64,000 nt of DNA, taken from Ylistrum balloti. Lineage: Eukaryota. Made by a program: the position numbers and the translations under genes. The notes under the pieces were generated by a model that searched no databases, was not told the origin of the DNA, and worked only from the letters and a program-made list of their open reading frames with translations. Below, piece after piece: positions 48,001 through 60,160 of the stretch; position 1 is the stretch's first letter, and each line of letters opens with the position of its first letter. The stretch spans positions 186,001-250,000 of the forward strand of contig NW_026782555.1 in the NCBI RefSeq assembly GCF_031769215.1, in the 5' to 3' direction.

Positions 48001-51000
48001 AGAGTTTCTATCTAGTTAATAATCTGAAAAAAAATTCCAAGATATTTAATGTGACACACATCCAACTCAAGAAACTGTGAGATATTAGACCTAGCCAAGT
48101 ATAATAAGCATACCCATGTGACAAAATCTAATCCCTCCAACTGATAATGACCAGGTTAACTGTAAAATATAAGCTTTGTGAAGTGAAGTACAGTACATCC
48201 AGAATCGCCCGAGTTGTTTTGTGAGTAAGAGTAGATGGTCTTAATTTCAGACATCACAGATGGAAAAGTTGTTGCGTCAGTGAAGTCACGTTGGAAGTTA
48301 AACCCGGGCTACTACCATAGTTTTGCTGTTACTGAAAATTATTATGTGTTTGTGGAACAGCCTTTGGTGATCAATGTCTTGAAAATTTTAACGGCTCGCA
48401 TCCGTGGCTTGAGAATACCAGACTGCCTTGATTATTGGCCTGATGAAAAGGTGATTTACTGTTTAAGACTTTAATTAGCAAAAATTGATCTTAATCTTAT
48501 CTTTCTTTTTCATTGCAAATATACAACTGTGGTAATTTTAAAAATCTATCGTTTGTCATTCCGAATTTTCTTTTAAGAGGAATACATTTTAACTCAAATT
48601 CCAAAGGACTTGATCAAGTAATGTCTTTATTTTCATTTTATGTCAGATAACCCAATGTCTTATTGTAGGCTATTTTCCATGTGATTGATAAAGCTACTGG
48701 AGAACCAGTTAACCAGTCATTTGTCTACCAGTCAGATGCCTTTTTCACATTTCACCATGTCAATGCGTATGAAGATGGAGGTATGCCAGATTTTTATCAG
48801 TTCTTGTACTGCAAAACTTCAAACCATGAAGATGAAGAGTTTTGCCATAATTTGAATTGTCATTTTTGCAGAAGAAGACATATTTAACAATTCTATCTGG
48901 ATTTTTATTTCCAATTTAATGTCTTAGATATTTTTTTCTGAATATGTTTGATATTAACTTGGAATAATTTTGAGTCTGCAAATATTTGAACATATTGTTT
49001 TAAAAAAATATTGACATTTGAAAACTGTCAGCCATTTATGCTATATGTTGGATTATTTCAACAGATTGAATCTGAGTCTGTTTGAAATTTAAAAGTAATT
49101 TTACTGTTCATGGCAAATTAAGAAATTGCCTCAACTCATCAACCATAGTGAACGATGACAAATGATTACACATGTACAATGTATTTAATTGTCTGCATTA
49201 AAATTTTGTTCAGACCATGCCAGCTACACACAGTTTGAGGCCCTGACAGTGTATCATATTTCATAAGATCACAGAGTATAGAATGTTCATAAACCCAGTA
49301 TGGCAACAGAATGTTATATTGTCAGAAAATGACTGCAATATAAATTACATTCAGGCCATCCCCATACTATAAACTGACAGTACTACTAATGTCATCATCA
49401 TCGTTACTTTAATTACAAAATTGGTTTCAAAGATATAATTTTTATGGTGATTAAACCCGAGCTTATTGCTTGCTTGGGATGTTATTTCAGGTCTGGTTTA
49501 ATTATTTCTTTAATGAAGATTGCATAAAATCCACAGGCTACTGGATGCTTTCAAGTCAGGTGTGAAGGTCATAGATAAAGGTCATTGTTACTATATATAG
49601 GAAATAAATTTTATCACCTCTTACCTCATACTTGGGTTGATCAAGCTTTGTGTAGTGCTTCATTACCAAAAGTGGATACTTATATAAACTGCATCTGAAA
49701 CTCATTTTGACTGCCTTGACACTCTCATTTTGTGTTTTCCATTTTAGAAATATCTAGATTTTGATGATTTTTTCACAAAACGTTCTTTTAAAGGTTGATG
49801 AAGATCAATTAAGATATCAATGGATAATGTTTTAACTGGGAAGTACATTTTATCCTGGCTCAGACATTGTCAGAATATGCCTGCCACATATATTTTTGCT
49901 GTATTCGACAGTGACGGATAACAGCAGTATTTTAGCATGAGCGGTAATTCGACAGAATTATTCTCTGAATTTACTTAAATATTACGTTTAGAATTGTAAT
50001 AGTTATTGAAATACGCGATTTTACATGTTGTAATAAACAAGTTCAGTTATGAATATTCATAAAATCGCTGTTATATCTGATGAAAGTTTGGAACTATGTT
50101 TTCACCTGGAGCAATTGTTTTGGCATCTGTCATCAGGCAAAATTCAGCGTAACATCAATGTTAGGTAAACAAAGATTGAATAACAAAACGGTTTAAGTTT
50201 CAATAGTCTGATTTTCAATCAATGTTGCAGGATAAATAAAATACATGGTCAATGTCTTCAATGTAAACTGCATTTTGGCTCGGTATAGAAAGACAAAAGT
50301 GGCTTGCCACTTTTATTTTGATATATTTGAAGACATTGACCATATATTCTCTATGTACATGTTTGTGGTGAATTTGTCGCTGATCAGTATGATATATCAT
50401 AGCTACTAAAATGTGTGTATGTAAACTGATCTTATGTCCAGCAGAAATATTTGCTATGAGAAGTTAAATATTTTACGTCAGAGAAACAACAAAACAATAT
50501 ATTTCCTTCTGAATGACTGGATTTCTCCTTTGTGTTGTCAGATTCATTGGTTCTGGACCTGTGTTCATACAAAGATGCCCAAATAATTAAAAAAGTGTAT
50601 ATGAAAGATTTCTCCAAAGACCGAGTAGATGAGACCTTGAAGCATTTACCCAAGGCTATTCTGTCACGGTTTGTTTTACCACTGGGAGTCAACTCAGAGG
50701 TAAGTACACTATAAGTAATATTGTAAAATGTTTATCTCTAACACAAACAGTGATTGAAATGTGAATTTGTGAGCATTGGAAAATATCTTTTTCCTTTGTC
50801 AAAAAAAAAACCCACACAAATAACTGAGTCTTGACAACTTTTCAATTTTCAGTGATTGGATGAAAGAGTCAAAAAGTCGAGACGCATTTTTGTATTTTTA
50901 GCACTTATCATAAAAGCTCAGTTATTTGCTCTCTGTTTAACAAAGGACGAAATGGTCGCTTTTGAATGTTCGCAACAAGAGTTTTCAATATGTCAAAGGT

Positions 51001-54000
51001 GCTACGTCTTTTCAAGTAATATTAATACTCAACTGATGAATCTCATAGTTTTACAACTGTGGTTAATGTTGATAATGTAATGAGTTATTACCCTACAGTA
51101 AATCCTGTCATCAAGATGTAATGTACGGCTCTTTTATTTTGCGGGTGTTTAATTCTGCGACTCTTTTTGAAACTTATTCAGGGGGATTCAATTTCACAAA
51201 TCATATTACTGTTTTTTCTAGTATACCTATCAGCATTTCAGAACACTTTACGAAGATCTAAAATATTCATGAGGTATAAAATATATCAATGTTAAATGAC
51301 CACTTTATCATACCTGTTTGTAAAGGAAAGGAACTTTCTGGTTTTAATTATTTATAGACTCCTAAAGACAAGAACTTGATTGAGATGTCTGGATGTAAGG
51401 CTACAGCTGTCAGGACGTCAGATGACACAGTACATTGTACACATGATGCCATATACAATGAAGGTAAAGAAGGTTTAAAAGTCATATTGAAACAAGCACG
51501 GTCAAAAACATCAATAACTGAACATAATTTTGGTCAGAAAAGGTAAAAATGTCAAATTTTGGTAAATTCTATGAATATGTATTTCATGTTTAAAAATGCA
51601 TAATTATTTAAATACTGGTATTGCTACCTCTTATTTCTATGGTGCTTACAAACTGTTAAGTAAAATAGACCTGGAAATATGGTATAGTCAGATAAAAAAG
51701 AAAAAGAATTAAGTTTTAGTAGTCTTTAGTACTCTTTAGTTTGCTTAAAATTGACCATATTGACAAAGATGGATAGGACAGACAACACATACAGTGTAAT
51801 TGTACATATGTTTATTTTACAATAAATCTTGACACAAAGTAGGCACTGGGTTTATTGTATCGATGAAGCTTTAGTTAGCTGATCTGATCCGTAGGGTCAA
51901 ATAACCTATAGCCATCCTGTTTCAGCTTTCATTGTACATTGTCCCTAACATTTTAAATGCAACTTCTACTCAAGTTTTTTTTTTTAAATGCTGATAGTGA
52001 TATAAAAAATTAACCGTCTAATTCAAAAGCATTTTATTTCTCAGGATTTGAACTTCCGACCGTGAACTATGACCTATACAACGGTCGTCAGTATCGTTAC
52101 AGCTATGGATTCAGCGTACAAAGTGAAAAAACTGTTGCTGTAAGTACCCATAGTTTTGTGTCAGTAAAGACAAAAGTTTGTAGATATAACAAAGTGGTGA
52201 TATATTCTGGAGGTTTAACTGTTGGTGCCTGGGATGGCTGTGGGTTTGGGAGGTTTGGCTGGGAGGTGCTTGGGATGGTTGCAGGTTTGGGAGGTTTGGC
52301 TGGTAGGTGCCTGGGATGGCTGTAGGTTTTGGAGGTTTGGCTGGTAGGTGCCTGGGATGGTGTAGATTTGGGAGGTTTGACTGGTAGCTGCCTGGGATGA
52401 CTGTAGGTTTGGGAGGTTTGGCTGGGAGGTGCCTTGAATGGTTGCAGGTTTGGGAGGTTTGGCTGATAGGTGCCTGCGATGGTTGCAGGTTTTGGAGGTT
52501 TGGCTGGTAGATGCCTGGGATGGCTGTAGGTTTGGGAGGTTTGGCTGGTAGGTGCCTGGGATGGCTGTAGGTTTTGGAGGTTTGGCTGGTAGGTGCCTGG
52601 GATGGTGTAGATTTTGGAGGTTTGGCTGGGAGGTGCCTTGAATGGTTGCAGGTTTGGGAGGTTTGGCTGATAGGTGCCTGCGATGGTTGCAGGTTTTGGA
52701 GGTTTGGCTGGTAGATGCCTGGGATGGCTGTAGGTTTGGGATGTTTGGCTGATTGGTGCCTGGGATGGCTGTAGGTTTGGGAGGTTTGGCTGGTAGGTGC
52801 CTGGGATGGCTGTAGGTTTTGGAGGTTTGGCTGGTAGGTGCCTGGGATGGTGTAGATTTTGGAGGTTTGGCTGGTAGGTGCCTGGGATGGCTGTAGGTTT
52901 TGGAGGTTTGGCTGGTAGGTGCCTGGGATGGTGTAGATTTTGGAGGTTTGGCTGGTAGGTGCCTGGGATGGTGTAGATTTTGGAAGTTTGGCTGGTAGGT
53001 GCCTGGGATGGTTGCAGGTTTGGAAGGTTTGGCTGGTAGGTGCCTGGGATGGTTGCAGGTTTGGAAGGTTTGGCTGGTAGGTGCCTTGAATGGTTGCAGG
53101 TTTTGGAGGTTTGGCTGGAGGTACCTGGGATGGCTGTAGGTTAGGGATGTTTGGCTGGTAGGTGCCTGGGATTACTGTAGGTTTGGGAGGTTTGGCTGGT
53201 AGGTGCCTGTGATGGTTGCTGGTGTGGGAGGTTTGGCTGGTAGGTGCCTGTGATGGTTGCTGGTGTGGGAGATTTTGCTGGTAGGTGCTTTGTATGGCAA
53301 TATGAAATGAAAAATGATTTAAGATCCTTGTGCAGTATAACTTCTTATTTCTAATATCTGTGTAAAGGTATATTGGGTAAGAAAATGATGAATATTATCT
53401 AGATACCTCTTTCAAACTTATAATGCTATATAGTTGGGAGTATATTTATCTCACTCTAATATAATCGGAGGTAGTGATAAAACAAAATGGATGTCTACTT
53501 TGGTTGACAGTTGGTGAAGGTAGACCTCCCCAATAAAACATCTCTTCAGTGGGACTGTGAAGGGTGTGTGCCATCAGAACCAATCTTTGTGGCCGATCCA
53601 GACGGAACTGAGGAAGATGATGGTAGGTTGGACTGTTGACCATGTTAAATGTGAAAGTTACAAAAGTAAAAAGGATGTTTGACATTTTGCTTGTGCAAAT
53701 CTTAGTGCCCTATAGTATCATAATGTACCATAAAATTTTATTTTCCAATTTTTTTTTGTGTGTGTGAAGGACAAAGGATCCTGCAAGGCTGCCATCAATG
53801 ATTGTTGAGATTATTTTGTACACAAAACTAACACAAAAAGGATTTGACGATTTACGTTCGAACAACAATAATGAATGAAATAATTACTTTATATATTATG
53901 CAAACTATCTGAGTACTTGTAGACATCATCCAAAATCAGGACGAATGGTTTAAAACATGATAGCAACTAGCAAGACAAGAAACTGCTGTTCCCAGTTTGA

Positions 54001-55165
54001 GATAACGAAATATTTTGAAACACATGTATGCTTGACTTTTAAGAAATGACAGGTTTTATTTTATTTTCCTTCATGTTGGATATTGCCAACACAAAACCAT
54101 GAGCAAATGTCTGCATGTGTCATTGTGGAAATTAGTGTTGACATACAAGTAAACAGATTATGGATGGAGACTGATGACTATGTATATGTTATTTATTAAA
54201 ATCAGTCTCATTGGTATTTATGAAGCTTATCTATGAGATTTACAGTTAAGATAAATTGGGGATATCCTTAGCATGATACTCTTATCAAAATGTGTAGTGA
54301 AAGACTGTCACTCTTTGACAGTACATATTATTACATTCCGTACTCAATACGGAATACTCATTTGCTAGCAAATACAGTGTTGGGGCCTCAATTTGTGTCT
54401 GCTGGCATGTGCAGGATGTGACAGCAAGACACGAGAAAAAAAAACTTGAGATTGTAATTACCTGATTTTATCTTCAATAGATAGATATTCACTTGGACCT
54501 CTCATTACAACACTGAACACTGTTGATTAGTGTGAAGTGGTTGTGTACACTAACATAGATCAATCTAGGTTCATGAATAGCTGTGTGTATCAAGTAACAG
54601 TTCTGATGTCAAACAGTCAGGAAGTGCATGAGTTTGGCAGTAGGTACATATGCAAATTATGTAGGTGCACACTTTTTGCATGTTTTACAGTACGCCCATC
54701 TTTCTCTCCATCAGACGGTATGTAAAAAGGGGGTGGGGGGAAAGTAAATTGTTAAAACATAATGAAGTAACGGACGCTATATAGTTAATAGATAACTAAG
54801 CTCACATTTGGTAATTAGCTTTTTTTTGGTAATTAGCCCATGCTTGGTATAAGCCTATATGTATTACTTTTCGGAAGAATTACTCGTAAATGTAATTCTA
54901 GTGTCCTATCTCCCATTTCACTTTAGGATAAGTACAGTAAGTGGGTGTATGCTGTGTTTCTGATGTGAAGAAATTATTGAGAATTTTCAAAATTTCAGGT
55001 GTGGTGCTGTCAGCAGTAATGACTTTAGGAGAGGGTGATGATAACTTCCTGCTCGTCTTGGATGGAAAGACTTTTACTGAGCGTGCCAGAGCTCGATTCC
55101 CAGGAGTCCAAATCAACAGGGATCTTCATGGATTTTTTAGAAGGACTGTCGATCACCGGTTATAG
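36074..55165 (+). CDS. BCO2: Carotenoid cleavage oxygenase (BCO1/BCO2/RPE65/NinaB family), BCO2-like, 550 aa; exons 36074-36125 (putative leader), 43605-43712, 44633-44894, 45435-45576, 46945-47083, 48251-48450, 48669-48780, 50542-50699, 51358-51463, 52045-52139, 53511-53622, 54999-55165
   Basis: G.IPSWVNGALYRNGP, HLFDG, NRIVVSEFGT..YPDPCKTIFERF, TDNTN, four Fe-ligand His contexts (AHVHWD, YYHSF, FHHVNAYE, LHGFF), FELPTVNY, PSEPIFVADPDGTEEDDGVVLS. All junctions GT-AG and in phase, 1653 nt total. Exons 2-12 are secure; the leader exon and the BCO2 versus BCO1 label are inferred. Confidence 0.92.
36442..36513 (-). mobile_element. tRNA-derived SINE head in BCO intron 1
   Basis: Reverse complement tttagtttgatcggtgaagtgacggaccagtaaggctgtgggtcatgggttcgatacccagcagaggcatgc, with A-box-like and B-box-like segments. 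Confidence 0.65.
37070..37745. repeat. 73-bp dimeric minisatellite (37-bp plus 36-bp related subunits) in BCO intron 1
   Basis: gtaccttgttggtcggaacagtgtagatctatacaca / gtacctcgtcagttgaaactgttaagtctatacata alternate. Confidence 0.93.
37812..41651 (+). mobile_element. Decayed hAT-superfamily DNA transposon (ZNF862-like transposase pseudogene) inside BCO intron 1; boundaries approximate
   Basis: Fragments: CTNFKTESILAHEGSGQHK (Zn-finger-like), FFSVICDGCTD (first catalytic Asp), KIVGFGSDGTNAMM...LQGIH*FVHYHELAYKNAIK (CxxH motif with Cys mutated to a stop), RWLPH, and LTLPAHSADAETGFSEM*LVKGD*KSRL (hAT C-terminal dimerisation domain). Degenerate terminal inverted repeats ggggctggaaattagc (left) versus aacttaaattctacctctg (right). 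Confidence 0.85.
43730..44430. mobile_element. Non-autonomous interspersed repeat in BCO intron 2 with internal gttgccatggtaacc subrepeats
   Basis: Repeated cagcagaaattt/agggttgccat(g/a)gtaaccagg blocks ~160 bp apart. Confidence 0.5.
45571..46010 (+). repeat. 27-bp minisatellite (agtaaggggaggtaatcacaaatagat) starting at the BCO exon 4 donor; a detached island of the same unit lies at ~46596-46730
   Basis: Tandem units overlap the exon end (cacaatcagtaag|gtaagg) and explain the 9-aa periodic ORFs. Confidence 0.95.
52215..53290 (+). repeat. ~40-41-bp G-rich minisatellite (gggatggctgtaggtttgggaggtttggctggtaggtgcct) in BCO intron 10
   Basis: About 26 tandem copies with strong G-over-C skew on the sense strand. 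Confidence 0.95.
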
Positions 55166-56775
55166 ACTAAATTATAAAGAAGATATTGTCTGTTACGGAA
55201 GACTCTAAAATATGATAAAAAATGGAAATACTTTTATTTCATGATTATTGCAGAATATTTAAAAGTATTTTTACAAAAACAACTACTGGTCACTGGCCTT
55301 TCCTCACCAAGGTTCACCAATACTCACTTTTCATTGGTAAGATTGAAATATTTTTTTGAAAGCTTTTTCCAACAAAAAAAAAAAATAATAATTGTTTCAA
55401 AAAATTTTTGGAAAACGTTGGCTAGTTGTTTGCAAATTTACAAATATTCCCCTAGGCATGGATGAGAATCTGTAGTATAGGTTGATGACCAATAGTTCAA
55501 GTAAAAATATTAAATATTTTGTATGTAGAATATTGATTCCCTGTGATGTTTTATCGAGAATTAATGAATGAAATGAATAAACCTTTTTACCCTGTGCCAT
55601 TCTAAGTCAGAAAACAACTTGTCCTAGGATATTGTGTCATACCTATTAAACTTCCATTCTAGTTTGATCTACCTTCTATAATTAGCTTTATTGTTTATAC
55701 GTATATAGCATCATGATATTAATGATTAGTTTATTTGTAGAATCATTGACATATAAACGGCAGTTATTGTTTATTAATTTCTATGTTGAATCATTAGTTT
55801 TTTAATCTTGTTATTTGATGTTCCAGTTGTGTTTATACTGCTTAATAATGTTATATTTTTTGTTCAATCTTCCCCATCCAGTTAAAAATAAGAATATAAA
55901 TCTATATAACTGGACATGTTGACGATCACTCCACAGCCAATTTTGAATTTTCTTCCTTTTATAATAGCATATAAAACTCTGTAGACAATTAAATATTTTC
56001 CAACTTTAAGTGTTATTTTATCTAAGTAACTTTAATTTTATGGTCATCAATGACAACCAAGTTTCCACCAATGAAATTAATATATCAGATTAGTACAAAT
56101 AATGGGTTTTATTTGCTTGACACTGCTATAAATAAGGGTCACATGTTGTCTTGCCTATTATTTTGGTATCTCTTCAGCTTCCCTTTTGTTTCAGTTTTCT
56201 TGTTCATTGCAGTTATTGATTTATAGTCACATAATGGCGAGATCTTTTTTATGAAAATTATATTTCTTTCATTTTACCTCATATTTTTCTTCTTTTATTG
56301 AACCACTTTCCAAGTGTTACACAGCTTTGATTTACCTATTTATGCCATATATTCAAAATAGTCTGAAGCGATATTTGCCAATAACATACCTCAGTTACAA
56401 GGAAGAGTTATGTGTTTGGTTGCTTTTTAACCCTCTAACTGTACCTTTTAACATTACTATGGTATCAATGACGAAGTAATACTATCTCAAAAAATTTTTT
56501 TATTATAAAGTTCTTGTCTTAATCAGTGATGTCAAAAACGCTATTGCTAATATTTTCCAGTCAGAAATTTTACCTTTCATTCTTACTACAGGTATTTAGT
56601 AAAGAGGAGACAACTCATGTTGTCAAAATCAAACTTAGACAAAAAATTGGCTACATGTGCCGGACAGAAATGGGGATAAAAATATTTCATTGCTTCAGAA
56701 TAATTTTTTTTTTCATAATTGATTAAAATATTTTTGAAATGGATTATGCATCAGTCAAATACTCGTTATTAAGCG

Positions 56776-56987
56776 AGTCATTGCAATGTCTCTGTTACAG
56801 CTTGTGATCTTACTTGGATGCGGTGCCAGTGTTAGGATAGAGGTATCATTTAATTATAAACCTCTGCTGTTGTTTGTTGCTAGTCATTGCAATGTCTCTG
56901 TTACAGCTTGTGATCTTGCTTGGATGCGGTGCCAGTGTTAGGATAGAGGTATCATTTAATTATAAACCTCTGCTATTGTTTGTTGTT
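56776..56987. repeat. Near-perfect 106-bp direct tandem duplication
   Basis: agtcattgcaatgtctctgttacagcttgtgatctt... begins at both 56776 and 56882. Confidence 0.9.
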
Positions 56988-57487
56988 TAGTGTTGCTATT
57001 AAATTTTGAAGACTGGTACATGAGTGTGATAATAATACGTCTGGTTTTTTTTTAGAAAATCTTAGGACAGTGCAGATAAAGTCTTTCAATCATAAAAAGA
57101 TTTAAATATAGAAAAGTACATGCATGTTTATTGACGTAAGCAACAGGTTTATTTTTTGATGGACCTGTCTCCCTCAGACTGGCAATAAAAATCTGCAGCC
57201 TCCTACAAATTTGTGCAGGTTAAAACCTGGGAGCTGCAGAGAACAAGGACATGGTTTATCATCTGTATTTTCATAGACATATATACAAGTTGCTTGGCAT
57301 GGAAGAAGTTACTTCATGTGTTTTGTTTGTATGTAACACCACTGTGATGTGAAGCTTTGGTAAAATGAACTTGTGATGCACAGCATCAAGACCTGATTAG
57401 TAAATAAAAGTTCATTTTGTCTAAATGGTATTATGTTGTATTTTTATTCTGGTAAATATTTCTAGCAATATCCCTCTCGGTTTGTGA

Positions 57488-57590
57488 GACCTTCATGTTA
57501 GCTAGGTTGGTTGAATTTTAGACAAGTAAACCAGAGGTCCCTGGTTCAAATCTAAGCAGAGGCATGGAAATACATAATGACCTCTGTTAT
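57488..57590 (+). mobile_element. tRNA-derived SINE head directly followed by a 38-bp array
   Basis: A-box-like tagctaggttggt and B-box-like ggttcaaatc, then gcagaggcat as in the other copies. Confidence 0.65.
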
Positions 57591-58020
57591 ACAGGGATGT
57601 ATACCGTACTCGACCCAATAATTTGTATACAGGGATGTATACCGTACTCGACCCAATAATTTGTATACAGGGATGTATACGGTACTCGACCGAATAATTT
57701 GTATACAGGGATGTATACCGTACTCGTCCCAATAATTTGTATACAGGGATGTATACCGTACTCGACCCAACAATTTGTATACAGGGATGTATACCGTACT
57801 CGACCCAATAATTTGTATACAGGGATGTATACCGTACTCAACCCAAGAATTTGTATACAGGGATGTATACCGTGCTCGACCCAATAATTTGTATACAGGG
57901 ATGTATACCGTGCTCGACCTAATAATTCATTTACAGGGATGTTTACCATACTCAACCTAATAATCAGTGTACAGGGATGTGCACCATATTTGACCTAATC
58001 ATAGGTATGCAGGGATGCAA
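57585..58020. repeat. 38-bp minisatellite (tatacagggatgtataccgtactcgacccaataatttg)
   Basis: About 10 copies; the unit reappears degenerate at ~58435-58490, after the interrupting element. Confidence 0.93.
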
Positions 58021-58084
58021 ACTGTACTAATTCTTATTCTTATATCAAACTTAAGCTAATAATTCTTATACAGAGATGTAAGAA

Positions 58085-58415
58085 GGAGTAATGAAAAATA
58101 CCCTGCCATTTCTAGGGCGGCCTGTACTCTCAGCTTCTACACTACTCCCCTCCTTCTCAAAGTCTTTGACTCTGAAGACAACGACAACCCAGGTTCAGTA
58201 TCTCCAAGGAAGCATCACAATCTCTTATATCTTCTATCCTTGGAGTGGTCAATGGCACCAAATCTGTAATAGGAAAGTGTGATGAAAAATTTCCTGCCAC
58301 AGACGGAGTTCAAACTAGTGAGCCATCCGTCTCTAGCCAGACACTCTACCACTGGACTAAAGGGAAATTCCCACTAGCTGAGGCTAGTAAGGCGACCTTT
58401 ACTCTCAAATTCTAC
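58085..58415 (-). mobile_element. Second copy of the tRNA-containing element seen in NAA38 intron 1
   Basis: Shared blocks: gcgacct(g/t)tactctca, cactactcccc, tctttga.tc.gaagac, atctcca.ggaag, tggagtgg.caa, ccaaatctgtaat.ggaa, gttc(g/a)aactag, gtctctagc, gctagtaaggcgacc. Confidence 0.7.
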
Positions 58416-60160
58416 ACCATATTTAACCTTATATATATGCAGGGATGCATACCAAATCCCACCTAATAATCTGTGTATAGGGACCCTATGCCTGAGGGGT
58501 GGCACAATAGTGGAGATATAACCGTTTCCTTCAAATGCTTCTTTTGTAGGAATGTCAGCCTGATGGATTTTGTCCCAATTTGATCAAAAGCACGATGCCT
58601 TTGGGAAAGGAAAACAAATTTGTATAAATTGCAAGTCTTGACCACACAGGATTGAAAGGGCTGGGCCTAATAGGAAATCCTTCTTTTGTAGGAATGACAT
58701 GATTTTGTCCTAGTAACCTTAATGTGAAGAGAAACCAATTTGATGTAAATGGAGGCAAGTTCCTCTGCACATATTTTCTGCTACAAAGGTGGTTTTTGTA
58801 AGACAGGTTTTACCAGACTTTTTATCCACGATATTCAGACATTCAGACTCTGTAATTTTTCAACATACTTTTTTTTGCTTTTTATTCTTTTATAAAATTT
58901 CGGTAAAAAAATGTAACAGATTCTGTTTTGAATATCATTTTGGTTTATGTTATTATTCTTATTATCTTCAAAAAGAAAGTGTTGGGAAGAGTGTATATTC
59001 CATTTCATTTATAAAATGTTGAAATCTTTTGTCATGACACGGACTTATATACACATATATATATGTGTATATAAGTCCGTGGTCATGAGAGCGCTCCAAT
59101 GCGAAGAACACACGACACCTTGTTATTCGGGACATACTTGCCGTTTAAACAGATCCGAGTATACCGAATGTTATGTTAACTTCCGGTTTAAAACTGAAAA
59201 TGGTGTTTTTCATGTGTATTGTTTGAAGGGGTTTTTTTTTGTTACTTTACCAGTTTTGATTGCGACGAAAGAATATATCGCCGTTTTGAAACGTTAGTAT
59301 ATTCACTTTAACACTTACTTTTGACAAGTATTTACTCATATTTTGTGTTTTGTTTTCTACTTTCGTTTTCTCATGCCATGAGAGATCATAAACAGGTAGA
59401 TCAACAATAACTAATTCATATTAATTCATACTGATTCATAACTAATTCATATATATTTAAATATGCATCGACCGCACTCGATTTAACTTTGTAATTGTTT
59501 TATGTTCTATGTATGTGATGTAATTTTTGTCATATTTGTGTCTTGATAAAGAGACAGGTTGCCTCGAAAATCTTACCATTCACTTGTCTGTACTGTCGTT
59601 ATTACTTCATTTATCATATGTGTGTGTATACATATATCAACATATTGAACATAATTAATATTTCAAGCAGTGAGAATGTAATGTTATTACAGAACATGTT
59701 TGAATTTAGTTTGAAAGTTTCTGACTTCATTCATGATTTTATTTTTGTCACAGTCAAAAAAACTCGGATAGTCAGATTACAGAATCCTTCTCACTGTTTT
59801 GAAATGTCGCACATAGTTTTGATAAAGAATTGAGATTTATGAATACATATTTAACAAAATGCAATTATTATATGAGAGTACAGTGCAGTAGCACCATACA
59901 ATATCACCTCTCTACTTTATATATATGTAAAACTATTACATATGGTCTATATTCCTGTCACATAGGATGAAGTATAAATGTACGGTTATCCATACCAATG
60001 GAATAGATTAAGATTTAAAGGTAAAATGTTAAACGATATGCATTCATTCGTTACACAGAAATTGTTATGCATTTATTGAGGAAATATTTGGGATAGAATC
60101 ATTCAGAGAAAATCCAGCCATTTTCATAATGTTGATTTTTGTATTTTTCAGAATGTTTGT

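Noticed and set aside
19650-57590. Functional tRNA genes at the A/B-box-like sites (19.66, 20.05, 33.76, 34.5, 36.47, 57.53 kb)
   Set aside because: I could not fold a complete cloverleaf with an acceptor stem, and shared non-tRNA tails indicate SINE-type copies. tRNAscan-SE would settle this.
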